Assembly (NCBI GenBank): GCA_001777915.1
Contig: MFFN01000007.1
Coordinates: 4,807-68,806 of the forward strand
Origin: Candidatus Edwardsbacteria bacterium RifOxyA12_full_54_48
GTDB lineage: Bacteria; Edwardsbacteria; AC1; EtOH8
Direction: 5' to 3'
DNA length: 64,000 bases
Positions 55,820 to 64,000 of this stretch are shown here, piece by piece; within the stretch, counting starts at the first letter, position 1; the number at the start of each line of letters is the position of its first letter. Under the pieces are notes generated by a model. The model worked only from the letters and a program-made list of their open reading frames with translations. It was not told the DNA's origin and ran no database searches. A program made the position numbers and the translations under genes.

Positions 55820-57888
55820 GATTTAAAAAGGCCCTGGCGACGGTGGTGCTGCCCATCTGCTTGGCGTTGTCCCTGACCAGTTGCGGCAAGAAACTTCCCA
55901 CCGCGGTGATTTCAGACCAGGGGTATCCCCGCACAGTGCTGGTGGAGCTATTCACCTCCGAATTCTGCACCAACTGCCCGACGGCCGATCGGGCCGCCGA
56001 ACGCCTGGCCGCCGAGATGGGTGATTCCCTATGTCTGGTCGAAATGCATCCCAATAATTTCCTGTCGCTGGGTGACAGCCTGGGGACTGCGGCGGCCGAC
56101 ACCCTGGCCGGTGACTACCAATCCGGCCTATCGGTGACAGGACTTCCCTTCTTCTCCTGCGACGGGCTGGAGAATATGCTGGGAACCTCGGTCGACGACG
56201 AGGCCACCTATCAAAGCTACCGCCAGCTGGCGGATATCCGCAAGATCATCAAAAGCCCATTGAAACTGAACCTCGCCGCCCAGCTGGACCAGGATGCCAT
56301 AATCTACTCCGCCCAGATAACCGCCGGCGGTTCTGTGCCGCAAAACGGCGATCTGGGGCTGGTCCTGCTGGTGGTGGAGGATTCGGTCAGCGCCTACGGC
56401 AAGGTGTTCCGTTATGTGGCGCGTTCGCTGGCCCCCAATACTGAAGGCGACCGGCTAGATATTCTGCCGGCATCGACAGTTTCCCGAGCGGGCAGCATCA
56501 TAAAGAATTCCGGGTGGCTGCCCTGGCGGCTGTCCCTTATTGCTTACGTACGCAACAATGACACCAGGGAGATCGTCCAGGCGGCCAGGGTCCGCATCTA
56601 TGCCGCCACCACCGCCCCGGCAGCGCCCGCCTTGAATCTGCCGGTTGATGATGCGGTAAATCTGGCCCTGAGCCCGACCCTGAGCTGGCTGGCCAGCAGC
56701 GGCGCGGCCAGCTACACCCTGCAGTACGACACCGACAGCCTGTTCGGCGGGGCGGTATCCCAGAGCGGACTGACCGGGACCAGCCTGCAGATAAAAGGCC
56801 TCGGTAACGCCACCACCTATTACTGGCGGGTAAACGCCAGCAACAATGCCGGAGTATCCGGGTGGTCGGCGATCCGTTGCTTTACCACCACCGCCACTGC
56901 TTTGCCGGTTAAGCCGGTTCTGAATGCGCCGGCGAACGGCGACACCGGCGTCAGCAAAAGTCCCACTTTGATCTGGACTGCCAGCAGCGGGGCTTCAAAC
57001 TACGGACTGCAGGTGGCTACCAACAATTCTTTCCATCCCGCCAGCATGATCTATTCCCAATCAGGACTGACCGGCACCGGCCAGTCGATCCTGGGGCTTG
57101 ATCCCGGGATCGACTATTACTGGCGGGTCAATGCCTCCAATATCGCCGGGACATCAGCCTGGTCGGAGACCTGGTCCTTCACCACCACTACCAATCCGGC
57201 CCCCGAACCTCCGGTCTTGGTCTGGCCGGCCAACGGCGAGCTGAACTCCGGCACCAGTCCGGCGCTAAGCTGGAGTTCCAGCTACGGGGCCTACAGCTAT
57301 GCCCTGCAGGTCTCGCCCAGCAGCGACTTTCGGAGCCTGGTATACTATCAAAGCGGATTGCCCGATACCAGCCGCTCCGTTGCCGGCCTTGACTCCCTGA
57401 CCACCTATCACTGGAGAGCCAACGCCTCCAACGTTTACGGAGCCTCCGGCTGGTCCGATGCCTGGACCTTCACCGATGCCAGGGGGTACGGCTTCTCCCG
57501 GCTGATCTCGCCGGACTCGGCCACCAGGCTGCCGGACACCATCATCAGCTACAGCCTGTCCGACCCGGAAACCCCGGAGCTGGGGTTCCATATCTATCTT
57601 GCCAATCTCTCTTCCAAGATGAACATCTATGCCCAGGCCCCCACTTCGCTGAACTCCGATCCCCTTTTGTTCTGGGGATTCCTATGCACCGAAACCGGCT
57701 GCCAGGGGCCCAACGGGATCGCCACTGCAGTATTCAATGCCGGGACCACCCAGCACTGGACGGTGCATTTTAACTTCAACACCTTGCCGCCTCCGGAAGG
57801 ACTGCATTCCTTGATATTAAAGTTATGGGCCGCCGACAATCCGTCGCATATCATGACCCGTCGGCTGTATCTGGAGGTGCTGCCGTGA
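55816..57888 (+). CDS. Lipoprotein with N-terminal CxxC (thioredoxin-like) region and three fibronectin type III-like repeats
   Basis: Lipobox 'LTSCGKK'; 'ELFTSEFCTNCP'; three ~85-aa repeats each ending 'YYWRVNASN..G.SGWS' (e.g. 'TTYYWRVNASNNAGVSGWS', 'IDYYWRVNASNIAGTSAWS', 'TTYHWRANASNVYGASGWS'). Confidence 0.55.
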   Translation: MRFKKALATVVLPICLALSLTSCGKKLPTAVISDQGYPRTVLVELFTSEFCTNCPTADRAAERLAAEMGDSLCLVEMHPNNFLSLGDSLGTAAADTLAGDYQSGLSVTGLPFFSCDGLENMLGTSVDDEATYQSYRQLADIRKIIKSPLKLNLAAQLDQDAIIYSAQITAGGSVPQNGDLGLVLLVVEDSVSAYGKVFRYVARSLAPNTEGDRLDILPASTVSRAGSIIKNSGWLPWRLSLIAYVRNNDTREIVQAARVRIYAATTAPAAPALNLPVDDAVNLALSPTLSWLASSGAASYTLQYDTDSLFGGAVSQSGLTGTSLQIKGLGNATTYYWRVNASNNAGVSGWSAIRCFTTTATALPVKPVLNAPANGDTGVSKSPTLIWTASSGASNYGLQVATNNSFHPASMIYSQSGLTGTGQSILGLDPGIDYYWRVNASNIAGTSAWSETWSFTTTTNPAPEPPVLVWPANGELNSGTSPALSWSSSYGAYSYALQVSPSSDFRSLVYYQSGLPDTSRSVAGLDSLTTYHWRANASNVYGASGWSDAWTFTDARGYGFSRLISPDSATRLPDTIISYSLSDPETPELGFHIYLANLSSKMNIYAQAPTSLNSDPLLFWGFLCTETGCQGPNGIATAVFNAGTTQHWTVHFNFNTLPPPEGLHSLILKLWAADNPSHIMTRRLYLEVLP

Positions 57889-59399
57889 GATATTTTGTTT
57901 TAACTGTTTGTCTTATGGCCTTGGCCGGCGAAGCCGCGGCCTGGGACCTTTCCGGCGGCAACCAGGCGGCCATCTGGGTCTCCCAGGCCGATACCGACAG
58001 CCTCTACAATGTGCTGCATTACCGGGAAGGGTGCGACCTGCGGCTGTCCGGCGATCTCAAGGATCACATCAAGCTTGACGCCGGGCTGAAGTTTTTATAC
58101 GACCAGGAGCGCTGGGACGACCAGCCGGTGTTCTCCGGGATCTCCCGGCGGTATCTTCAGCTGAAGACCGAAAATCTATCGGCCAGGGCCGGGACCTATT
58201 ACGCCACTTTGGGGCGGGGCCTGGTGCTGAACTGCGTCAACCAGCAGGCGGCCAAGGTCGACCGGTATCTGGACGGCGGCCTGGCCTCGGCTTCCTGGGA
58301 AGACCTGGGCGATGCCCGGCTGCTGTTCGGCCGGATCATGGAAAACACCGTGGAGCTGGACACGGCCAAGACCTATTTCGGGACCGAGATAAAGCTGACC
58401 AGGTTATCTTCAGCAACAGTAGGATTGGCCTATCTGAGGTCAAATGCTGCCGGGCCGGCTTTGGACCCTTCCTTCGGCAAGCCGGCCGACGAGCAATACA
58501 GCGGAAGCCTGGGCGGAACGCTCGGCCCGGTGGACCTTTACGGGGAGTACGCCGGCCGGCGCACCTACGGGCGGCTGTCCCCTTCGGCCGGCTGGGTGGG
58601 GATAGAGGATGTCAACGGCCACGCCTTTTACGGCAGCCTGACGGCCGCCTATGCCGGGCTGGGAGCAATGATGGATTTTAAAAAATATCGGGACTTCGAC
58701 GCCGCCATAAATGCGCCGCCGCCCTGCAACCGGGAGGGCCGGCTATTGAACAACGGGCAGGACGAGTATGGCTTTCAAACCGACCTGACGGCCACCCCCT
58801 GGGCTTGGCTGGAATTGCACGGTAATGCATCCTGGGCAAGGACCAGGGACCAGAGGGAGGATATAATGTCAATTGAAGGCCTGTCGTATTCCGGCAGCCA
58901 AAAATGGCAGGATGTTTTTGTGGAGGGCCGGTGGGAGGTCCGGGAGAACCTTCTCCTCAATGCCGAGGGACGGCTGAGACGGGAGGACAACCTGCAGCCC
59001 GATATCATCAGAAAAAAATATATGGGGGCCTCGGCCGGGATGGTATGGAAATACCATGGCTTCCGTACCCTGTCGGTCAAAGCCGGAGGCAACCGCTACA
59101 GGAATATCTATGATATGAGAAGGCTTTATTATGACGAGGTCCTGGCCGAGCTGGGCTGGGTTCCTTTTGCCTGGCTGAATGTCTTTGCCAATGCCGATCT
59201 GGCCGACAAGCCCGTTGCCGAGTACGACGGCAAGAAAAGCTGGGGCGAGGCCGGATGCGCCATAGATTTCGACCAGGGCCGCCAGCAGCTGAAAGTATCG
59301 GCCGGCCGGACCAAGGGCGGATTGGTCTGCTCCGGCGGGTTCTGCCGGTGGGAGCCGGCCTTTAAGGGATTCAAGGCCGCTTGGGAATGGAGTTTCTGA
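57885..59399 (+). CDS. Putative outer-membrane beta-barrel protein
   Basis: GTG at 57885 overlapping the upstream stop; signal peptide 'VLTVCLMALAGEAAA'; alternating amphipathic strands; C-terminal aromatic residue ('...AAWEWSF'). Confidence 0.45.
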   Translation: MRYFVLTVCLMALAGEAAAWDLSGGNQAAIWVSQADTDSLYNVLHYREGCDLRLSGDLKDHIKLDAGLKFLYDQERWDDQPVFSGISRRYLQLKTENLSARAGTYYATLGRGLVLNCVNQQAAKVDRYLDGGLASASWEDLGDARLLFGRIMENTVELDTAKTYFGTEIKLTRLSSATVGLAYLRSNAAGPALDPSFGKPADEQYSGSLGGTLGPVDLYGEYAGRRTYGRLSPSAGWVGIEDVNGHAFYGSLTAAYAGLGAMMDFKKYRDFDAAINAPPPCNREGRLLNNGQDEYGFQTDLTATPWAWLELHGNASWARTRDQREDIMSIEGLSYSGSQKWQDVFVEGRWEVRENLLLNAEGRLRREDNLQPDIIRKKYMGASAGMVWKYHGFRTLSVKAGGNRYRNIYDMRRLYYDEVLAELGWVPFAWLNVFANADLADKPVAEYDGKKSWGEAGCAIDFDQGRQQLKVSAGRTKGGLVCSGGFCRWEPAFKGFKAAWEWSF

Positions 59400-59436
59400 G
59401 GGAAATTTAGCAGGTAAAATCGCGAAATAGTCATAG

Positions 59437-59466
59437 CCAAAGGCCCGGTTTTAACCGGGCCTTTGG
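59437..59466 (+). terminator. Rho-independent terminator
   Basis: 'ccaaaggcccggtt-ttaa-ccgggcctttgg' followed by 'cttt'. Confidence 0.7.
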
Positions 59467-59505
59467 CTTTCCCTTCGAACCATTTTTGCTAGGCTCCTTC
59501 TTTTC

Positions 59506-59534
59506 TTGACAACCCAAGGGCCCGCTGATATAAT
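59506..59534 (+). promoter_or_regulatory. Consensus sigma-70-type promoter (TTGACA, 17 bp, TATAAT) upstream of the UbiA-family gene
   Basis: TTGACA at 59506-59511, 17-nt spacer, TATAAT at 59529-59534. Confidence 0.6.
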
Positions 59535-59576
59535 CCTACTATCAGTTTCCGATCAATTGTTTTACAGTTTAAATCT

Positions 59577-60515
59577 ATGGATCGCAAAAATCCGCATCTT
59601 TTGGACTATCTGTTCGTTCTGAGGCCCATCCTGCTGGTCCCGGCCTGGACCATGCTGTTGGTGGGCTATTTTCGGGCGCAGGGACATCTTGCTGTTTCCT
59701 TGAAGCTGCCCGGGGAATTCTGGCTGGCCATGCTGATATATAGTGGTCTGATGGGGGCGGTCTATATAATCAATCAGATATTCGACGTGGAGACCGACCG
59801 GCTCAACAAAAAACTATTCCTGGTGGCCGAGGGCTATGTCAATAAAACGGCCATCATCATAGAATCCATAATCCTTTTCCTGACAGCCATATTCATCGGC
59901 TTCTGGAAATTCTCCATTTTGTTCGGGGTCATTATTACGCTCTCCGGTATTTTGGGACTACTGTATTCAGTGCCGCCCTTCAAGTTCAAGGCAAAACCTT
60001 TCCTGGACATGCTGGCCAACGGCCTGGGGTACGGCCTGCTGGCATTTGCCGCCGGCTGGCTATCGGCCGGTCGTGACAATGCCAATCTGTGGTTGTTCTC
60101 CATGCCATATGTGCTGGCGGTCTCCGCAGTTTACCTGAACACCACCATTCCGGATCATAACTCGGATAAGGCCACCGGCAACATCACCACCGGGGTCTTT
60201 ATAGGGATAAAAGTCACCCGCTGGCTGGCCCTGGCCCTGATGCTGGGCAGCCTGTTGCTGTCGATCCACTTTAAAGACCATCTCTGCCTGGCGGCTTCAG
60301 GCGCGGCCCTGCCGCTGTTCGTGATGGCCGTGATATCGGGCAATATGAAATGGACCATGCTGTCCTACCAGGCCGGCTCGCTTATGCTGGTGGTTCTTTC
60401 CGGCATGCTGTTCCCGATATATATTCCGATACTGATAGCCACCTTTCTGGCCCTCAAGTTCTATCACAAATGGCGGTTCGGAATGGATTATCCCAAGTTT
60501 GCCGATAGGGCATAA
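59577..60515 (+). CDS. UbiA-family prenyltransferase (integral membrane)
   Basis: 'NQIFDVETDRLN' (NDxxDxxxD-type motif); about 8 TM helices. Confidence 0.7.
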   Translation: MDRKNPHLLDYLFVLRPILLVPAWTMLLVGYFRAQGHLAVSLKLPGEFWLAMLIYSGLMGAVYIINQIFDVETDRLNKKLFLVAEGYVNKTAIIIESIILFLTAIFIGFWKFSILFGVIITLSGILGLLYSVPPFKFKAKPFLDMLANGLGYGLLAFAAGWLSAGRDNANLWLFSMPYVLAVSAVYLNTTIPDHNSDKATGNITTGVFIGIKVTRWLALALMLGSLLLSIHFKDHLCLAASGAALPLFVMAVISGNMKWTMLSYQAGSLMLVVLSGMLFPIYIPILIATFLALKFYHKWRFGMDYPKFADRA

Positions 60516-60664
60516 TTGCACACGGATGACACTGATCGTGGGATATTTCCACGGATATTTTACCCATGTTTCTTTGGGTTATGAATTATATACACCTGTT
60601 CCTGATGCTGAATCTTTTATGGCTGAGTGTTTGCAGCGCCCAGCCGGAAAAGGAGGGACAAGCT

Positions 60665-62092
60665 ATGAATATAAGAAGGTCCATCATTGCCGGAAGCTGG
60701 TATCCGGGAGAAGCCGATAAGCTATCGGCTCAGATAAATAAATATCTTGATGCGGCAAAGAAGGCCGAAAGCGATGGCGTGTTGACGGGCATCATCGTCC
60801 CCCATGCCGGGTACCTGTACTCCGGACCGACCGCGGCCTATGCCTACAAGAACATCAATCCTGAAAACATCTCCACCGTTATCATGGTGGGTCCCAGCCA
60901 CAGCGCCTATTTTGAGGGGACGGCGGTCTATGGCTTCGGTGCCTGGGAGACGCCGCTGGGTAAGACCGAGATCGACTCCAAGTTGGCCGAAGAGATAATT
61001 TCCCAGGACCAGAAATACATCAATGACAACCCCGGGGCCCATGCCAAAGAACATTCACTGGAGATACAGCTCCCGTTCCTGCAGTCCGTGATGCACTCTG
61101 GATTTAAGATAGTGCCGATAATGCTCTACGATCAGTCACTGGCCTCCTGCGATCGCCTGGCTCAGACCATAGCCGGGGCGGTCAAGGGACGGGACGATGT
61201 CCTGCTGCTGGCCTCCAGCGACCTGTCGCACTACCATTCCCAGGCCGAGGCGAAAAGGCTGGATAAATTGGTGATGGATGCCGTGGGTAAATTTGATCCC
61301 GAAAAATTAGCCGGTGACCTGGCCTTTGAAAAATGCGAGGCCTGCGGAGGCGGTCCGATGGTGACGGTGATGCTGGCCTGCCGCTATCTGGGGGCGGACA
61401 GGTCCGTGGTCTATGACTACCGGACCTCCGGCGATGTGACCGGGGACAAGGGCCAGGTGGTGGGATATCTGGCAGCGGGGCTCTATAATACAAAAAACAA
61501 AAAAGAAAAAATCAAAAAACAAATAATAGAAGACGATAAATTAACACTGGAGGAGAAAAGAGAACTTTTCCGGATAGCGCACCAGTCGATCGAGGCTGAG
61601 GTCAGAGGACTGCCCAAGCCGAAGTTCACACCGCTGACCCCCAGGCTGGCCGAACTACGGGGCGTCTTCGTCACCCTGAAGGAAAGCGGCAATCTGCGGG
61701 GCTGCATCGGATATATAGAGGGCATAAGGCCGCTGTACCAGGCGGTGGCGGAGATGGCGGTGGCGGCGGCCACCGGGGACCCCCGTTTCCCTCCGGTGAC
61801 AACAAGAGAATTACCGGAATTGGAGTATGAGATATCGGTATTGACCCCCAAGAGGCAGATAGATTCGCCGGAAGAGTTCATTGTGGGCAGGCATGGTATA
61901 ATAGTCCAGCGGGGCGGGCGCTCCGGGGTGTTTTTGCCGCAGGTGGCGGCCGAGGAAGGATGGACCCGCGAGGAAACGTTGTCGTATTTATGCCTGCACA
62001 AAGCCGGCCTGCCGGCCGGGGCCTGGAAGGATAAGGAGACGAAATTGTTCGTGTTCGAGGCCGAGGTGATAGAAGGAAAGGATATAAAATGA
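60665..62092 (+). CDS. Fusion protein: MEMO1-like domain (AmmeMemoRadiSam protein B-like) plus AMMECR1 domain (protein A-like)
   Basis: N-terminal 'GIIVPHAGYLYSG' (Memo family); C-terminal 'LRGCIGYIEG' and 'GRHGIIVQRGGRSGVFLPQVA' (AMMECR1). Lys-rich linker 'KNKKEKIKKQIIEDDK'. ATG at 60665 with GGAGGG upstream. Confidence 0.75.
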   Translation: MNIRRSIIAGSWYPGEADKLSAQINKYLDAAKKAESDGVLTGIIVPHAGYLYSGPTAAYAYKNINPENISTVIMVGPSHSAYFEGTAVYGFGAWETPLGKTEIDSKLAEEIISQDQKYINDNPGAHAKEHSLEIQLPFLQSVMHSGFKIVPIMLYDQSLASCDRLAQTIAGAVKGRDDVLLLASSDLSHYHSQAEAKRLDKLVMDAVGKFDPEKLAGDLAFEKCEACGGGPMVTVMLACRYLGADRSVVYDYRTSGDVTGDKGQVVGYLAAGLYNTKNKKEKIKKQIIEDDKLTLEEKRELFRIAHQSIEAEVRGLPKPKFTPLTPRLAELRGVFVTLKESGNLRGCIGYIEGIRPLYQAVAEMAVAAATGDPRFPPVTTRELPELEYEISVLTPKRQIDSPEEFIVGRHGIIVQRGGRSGVFLPQVAAEEGWTREETLSYLCLHKAGLPAGAWKDKETKLFVFEAEVIEGKDIK

Positions 62093-63048
62093 AAAAAACA
62101 CCATACAGGGTAATTTTTGTCTTAACTTTGATTTGCAGTTTTAACGCTGTTGCCAACGATACGCATATGGGTAGTGTTGGCGGAAATATTTATCCCAGTA
62201 AGAGTAATTCCATCCAAATGGTAAAAGAAAGAATAAATGCAGTAATGTATCATGACAGTTTTACTGTTAGCTGTAAGTTTTGGTTTTATAACCTTGAAAA
62301 ACCCGAATATATTAACGTGGGGTTCCCAGATGCGGTAAATAATAGTGATAGTCCGGCGGCAGATACTTTGCGCAATTTTAAAGTCATTATTAATGGTAAG
62401 CCTGAAGAGATTACACGAGTAAAACAGATTTCAACCGGTTATAACCACGAAACACTCACGAACACGGAGTATTGGTTTACTTGGAAAATGCATTTCCCGT
62501 CAAAAGAGACAGTGTTTGTTGAAAATTATTATACTGGTAGCTACAGCCATAACGCCGGTGGTTTATATTTTGTTAGTTATATAATCGGAACCGGTAGCAC
62601 TTGGCAGGGTTCGATAAAAGATGGGCGAGTCGTTTTCAATCACTCAAATTTGGCAACTAATTATTTTATAAATGATACTTTCCCAGGATATACAAATATT
62701 AAACCCGCATATTATCAAGATAGCGTTGTATATGCTTTTACTAAATATAGACCAAAGGAAAGTGAAATATTGATCGTAGAACTTTATCCGTATTGGGCTA
62801 ACTCAAATATATACGAATTTAAAAAGTATTTAGAGAAAAATAATTATACAAAAAAAGAATTACGTTTAATTCGCAATGAAATATTCGCAAGGCGTGGGTA
62901 TGTTTTTAACGATAAAAGTTTAAATAAATATTTTACCAGTAAAAAATGGTACAAACCAAATAATAATTTCAAAGCATCCATGTTGAATGAGTATGAACAA
63001 AACATGATAAATTATTTATCTCAATTAGAAAAAGAAGCCAATATATAA
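62089..63048 (+). CDS. Secreted YARHG-domain protein (AT-rich gene)
   Basis: Signal peptide; C-terminal 'LRLIRNEIFARRGYVFNDKSLNKYFTSKKWYKP' matches the YARHG domain pattern. Confidence 0.6.
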   Translation: MKKTPYRVIFVLTLICSFNAVANDTHMGSVGGNIYPSKSNSIQMVKERINAVMYHDSFTVSCKFWFYNLEKPEYINVGFPDAVNNSDSPAADTLRNFKVIINGKPEEITRVKQISTGYNHETLTNTEYWFTWKMHFPSKETVFVENYYTGSYSHNAGGLYFVSYIIGTGSTWQGSIKDGRVVFNHSNLATNYFINDTFPGYTNIKPAYYQDSVVYAFTKYRPKESEILIVELYPYWANSNIYEFKKYLEKNNYTKKELRLIRNEIFARRGYVFNDKSLNKYFTSKKWYKPNNNFKASMLNEYEQNMINYLSQLEKEANI

Positions 63049-63057
63049 CATTTAATT

Positions 63058-63372
63058 ATGCGACAAAAACAGATCATCGAAGAAATGGCCCTGCTGGCCG
63101 AAAAACTGGGCCTCAACATCAAATTCGACGAATTCGACGGGCGAGGCGGCTGGTGCCGGGTCAAGGACAGCCAGCGGATAATCATCAACAAACGGCTGGG
63201 GCCGCAGGAGCAGATTAGAATATTGTCCCAGATCCTGGCCGGTTATCAGATCGAGGAGCAGTCCATGGCCCCCAAGGTCCGCCAGCTCATCGAGGAGGCC
63301 CGGGAGGAGCTGCAGCCGGCCTTGGATATCTCGGATAAAACTTCTTCAGTCGATACCAAACCGGAGAAATAG
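63058..63372 (+). CDS. Hypothetical protein
   Basis: 104-aa ORF in host-like GC context; no recognisable motif. Confidence 0.4.
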   Translation: MRQKQIIEEMALLAEKLGLNIKFDEFDGRGGWCRVKDSQRIIINKRLGPQEQIRILSQILAGYQIEEQSMAPKVRQLIEEAREELQPALDISDKTSSVDTKPEK

Positions 63373-63375
63373 GGC

Positions 63376-63906
63376 ATGGACCAGACCACGATCAATTTAA
63401 TCAATTGCCGGGAGTGCCAAAAGACGGTCAGCCCCAACGCCCGGAGCTGCCCCCACTGCGGGGCGCCCCAGCCGGCCAACCAAACCTGGAACGGGTGGGG
63501 GTTCGACTGGAGGTCCAAAACCTCCTACTACGGCTGGCCTCTGGTCCACATCTCGGTGGGCAAGGACCGCCACGGCAAGCTTCGGGTGGCCAGGGGCTGG
63601 ATCGCCATCGGGCAGTTCGGCATCGGCCTGATCACCATCGCCCAGTTCGGGGTGGGAATCCTTTTCGGTCTGGGACAGTTCATCTTCGGCATAACGGCGG
63701 TGGCCCAGTTCGCCATCGGCCTGCTGTTCGGGCTGGGACAGTTCGCCACCGGTTACGTGGCCATCGGCCAGATGGCCCTGGGATACTATGCCTATGCCCA
63801 GATCGGCCTGGCCAAATATCTCTGGACAAAAAATTGCCAGGACCCCGAAGCGATCAGGTTCTTTCTGGACCTTAAAGGACGGGCCCTGGCGTTAATCGGA
63901 AAATAA
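63376..63906 (+). CDS. Zinc-ribbon protein with six tandem 11-residue hydrophobic 'G-Q-F-x-x-G' repeats
   Basis: 'CRECQKTVSPNARSCPHCGAP' zinc ribbon; repeats 'IAIGQFGIGLIT / IAQFGVGILFG / LGQFIFGITAV / AQFAIGLLFG / LGQFATGYVAI / GQMALGYYAYA'. Confidence 0.5.
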   Translation: MDQTTINLINCRECQKTVSPNARSCPHCGAPQPANQTWNGWGFDWRSKTSYYGWPLVHISVGKDRHGKLRVARGWIAIGQFGIGLITIAQFGVGILFGLGQFIFGITAVAQFAIGLLFGLGQFATGYVAIGQMALGYYAYAQIGLAKYLWTKNCQDPEAIRFFLDLKGRALALIGK

Positions 63907-63925
63907 CAAGATCGGAGGATGAGTA

Positions 63926-64000
63926 TGGCTATCACCGGAAAATCGCTGGCGGTTTATATCATAGCCGGAGTATTGATATTCTTCGGAATATTGTTCCTGA
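63926..64000 (+). CDS. Partial CDS (5' end only) of a membrane protein, truncated by the window edge
   Basis: ATG at 63926 with GGAGGA 6 nt upstream; hydrophobic N-terminus 'MAITGKSLAVYIIAGVLIFFGILFL'. Confidence 0.35.

Overview
High-GC (by eye roughly 60% GC) bacterial chromosomal segment with about 55 protein-coding genes, one tRNA and several distinctly AT-rich islands. Three secreted proteins carry C-terminal sorting domains of the type-IX-secretion (Por) type, which suggests an FCB-group-like or candidate-phylum bacterium. Housekeeping and envelope loci recognised from the translations: hflX; an ExbB-ExbD-ExbD-TonB operon; a type IV pilus pilMNOPQ operon; rpsT; scpB; an MsbA-like ABC exporter with a GT9 heptosyltransferase; an ABC-F ATPase. 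Signalling loci: an adenylate-cyclase/NTPase protein and a Ser/Thr-kinase/NTPase protein whose gene overlaps a sigma-54 activator gene. The most unusual locus is an anaerobic (class III) ribonucleotide reductase cluster at 28.2-36.0 kb: nrdR, then a large nrdD ORF that stops just before the glycyl-radical motif, then about 3.2 kb of inserted DNA, then a separate small ORF carrying an NrdD-type glycyl-radical motif, a thioredoxin-like gene and nrdG. The inserted DNA holds a CreD-like membrane gene flanked by ~80-bp direct repeats and an AT-rich three-gene island of unknown function. Other points of interest are a ~4.9-kb AT-rich island (7.4-12.3 kb) encoding two paralogous small signal-peptide proteins and a 1237-aa T9SS-tailed protein, a mosaic ~850-bp repeat array next to a tRNA(CAT) gene, and a MEMO1-AMMECR1 fusion gene. 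All calls rest on reading the supplied ORF translations and the DNA by eye; no database search or computation was run.
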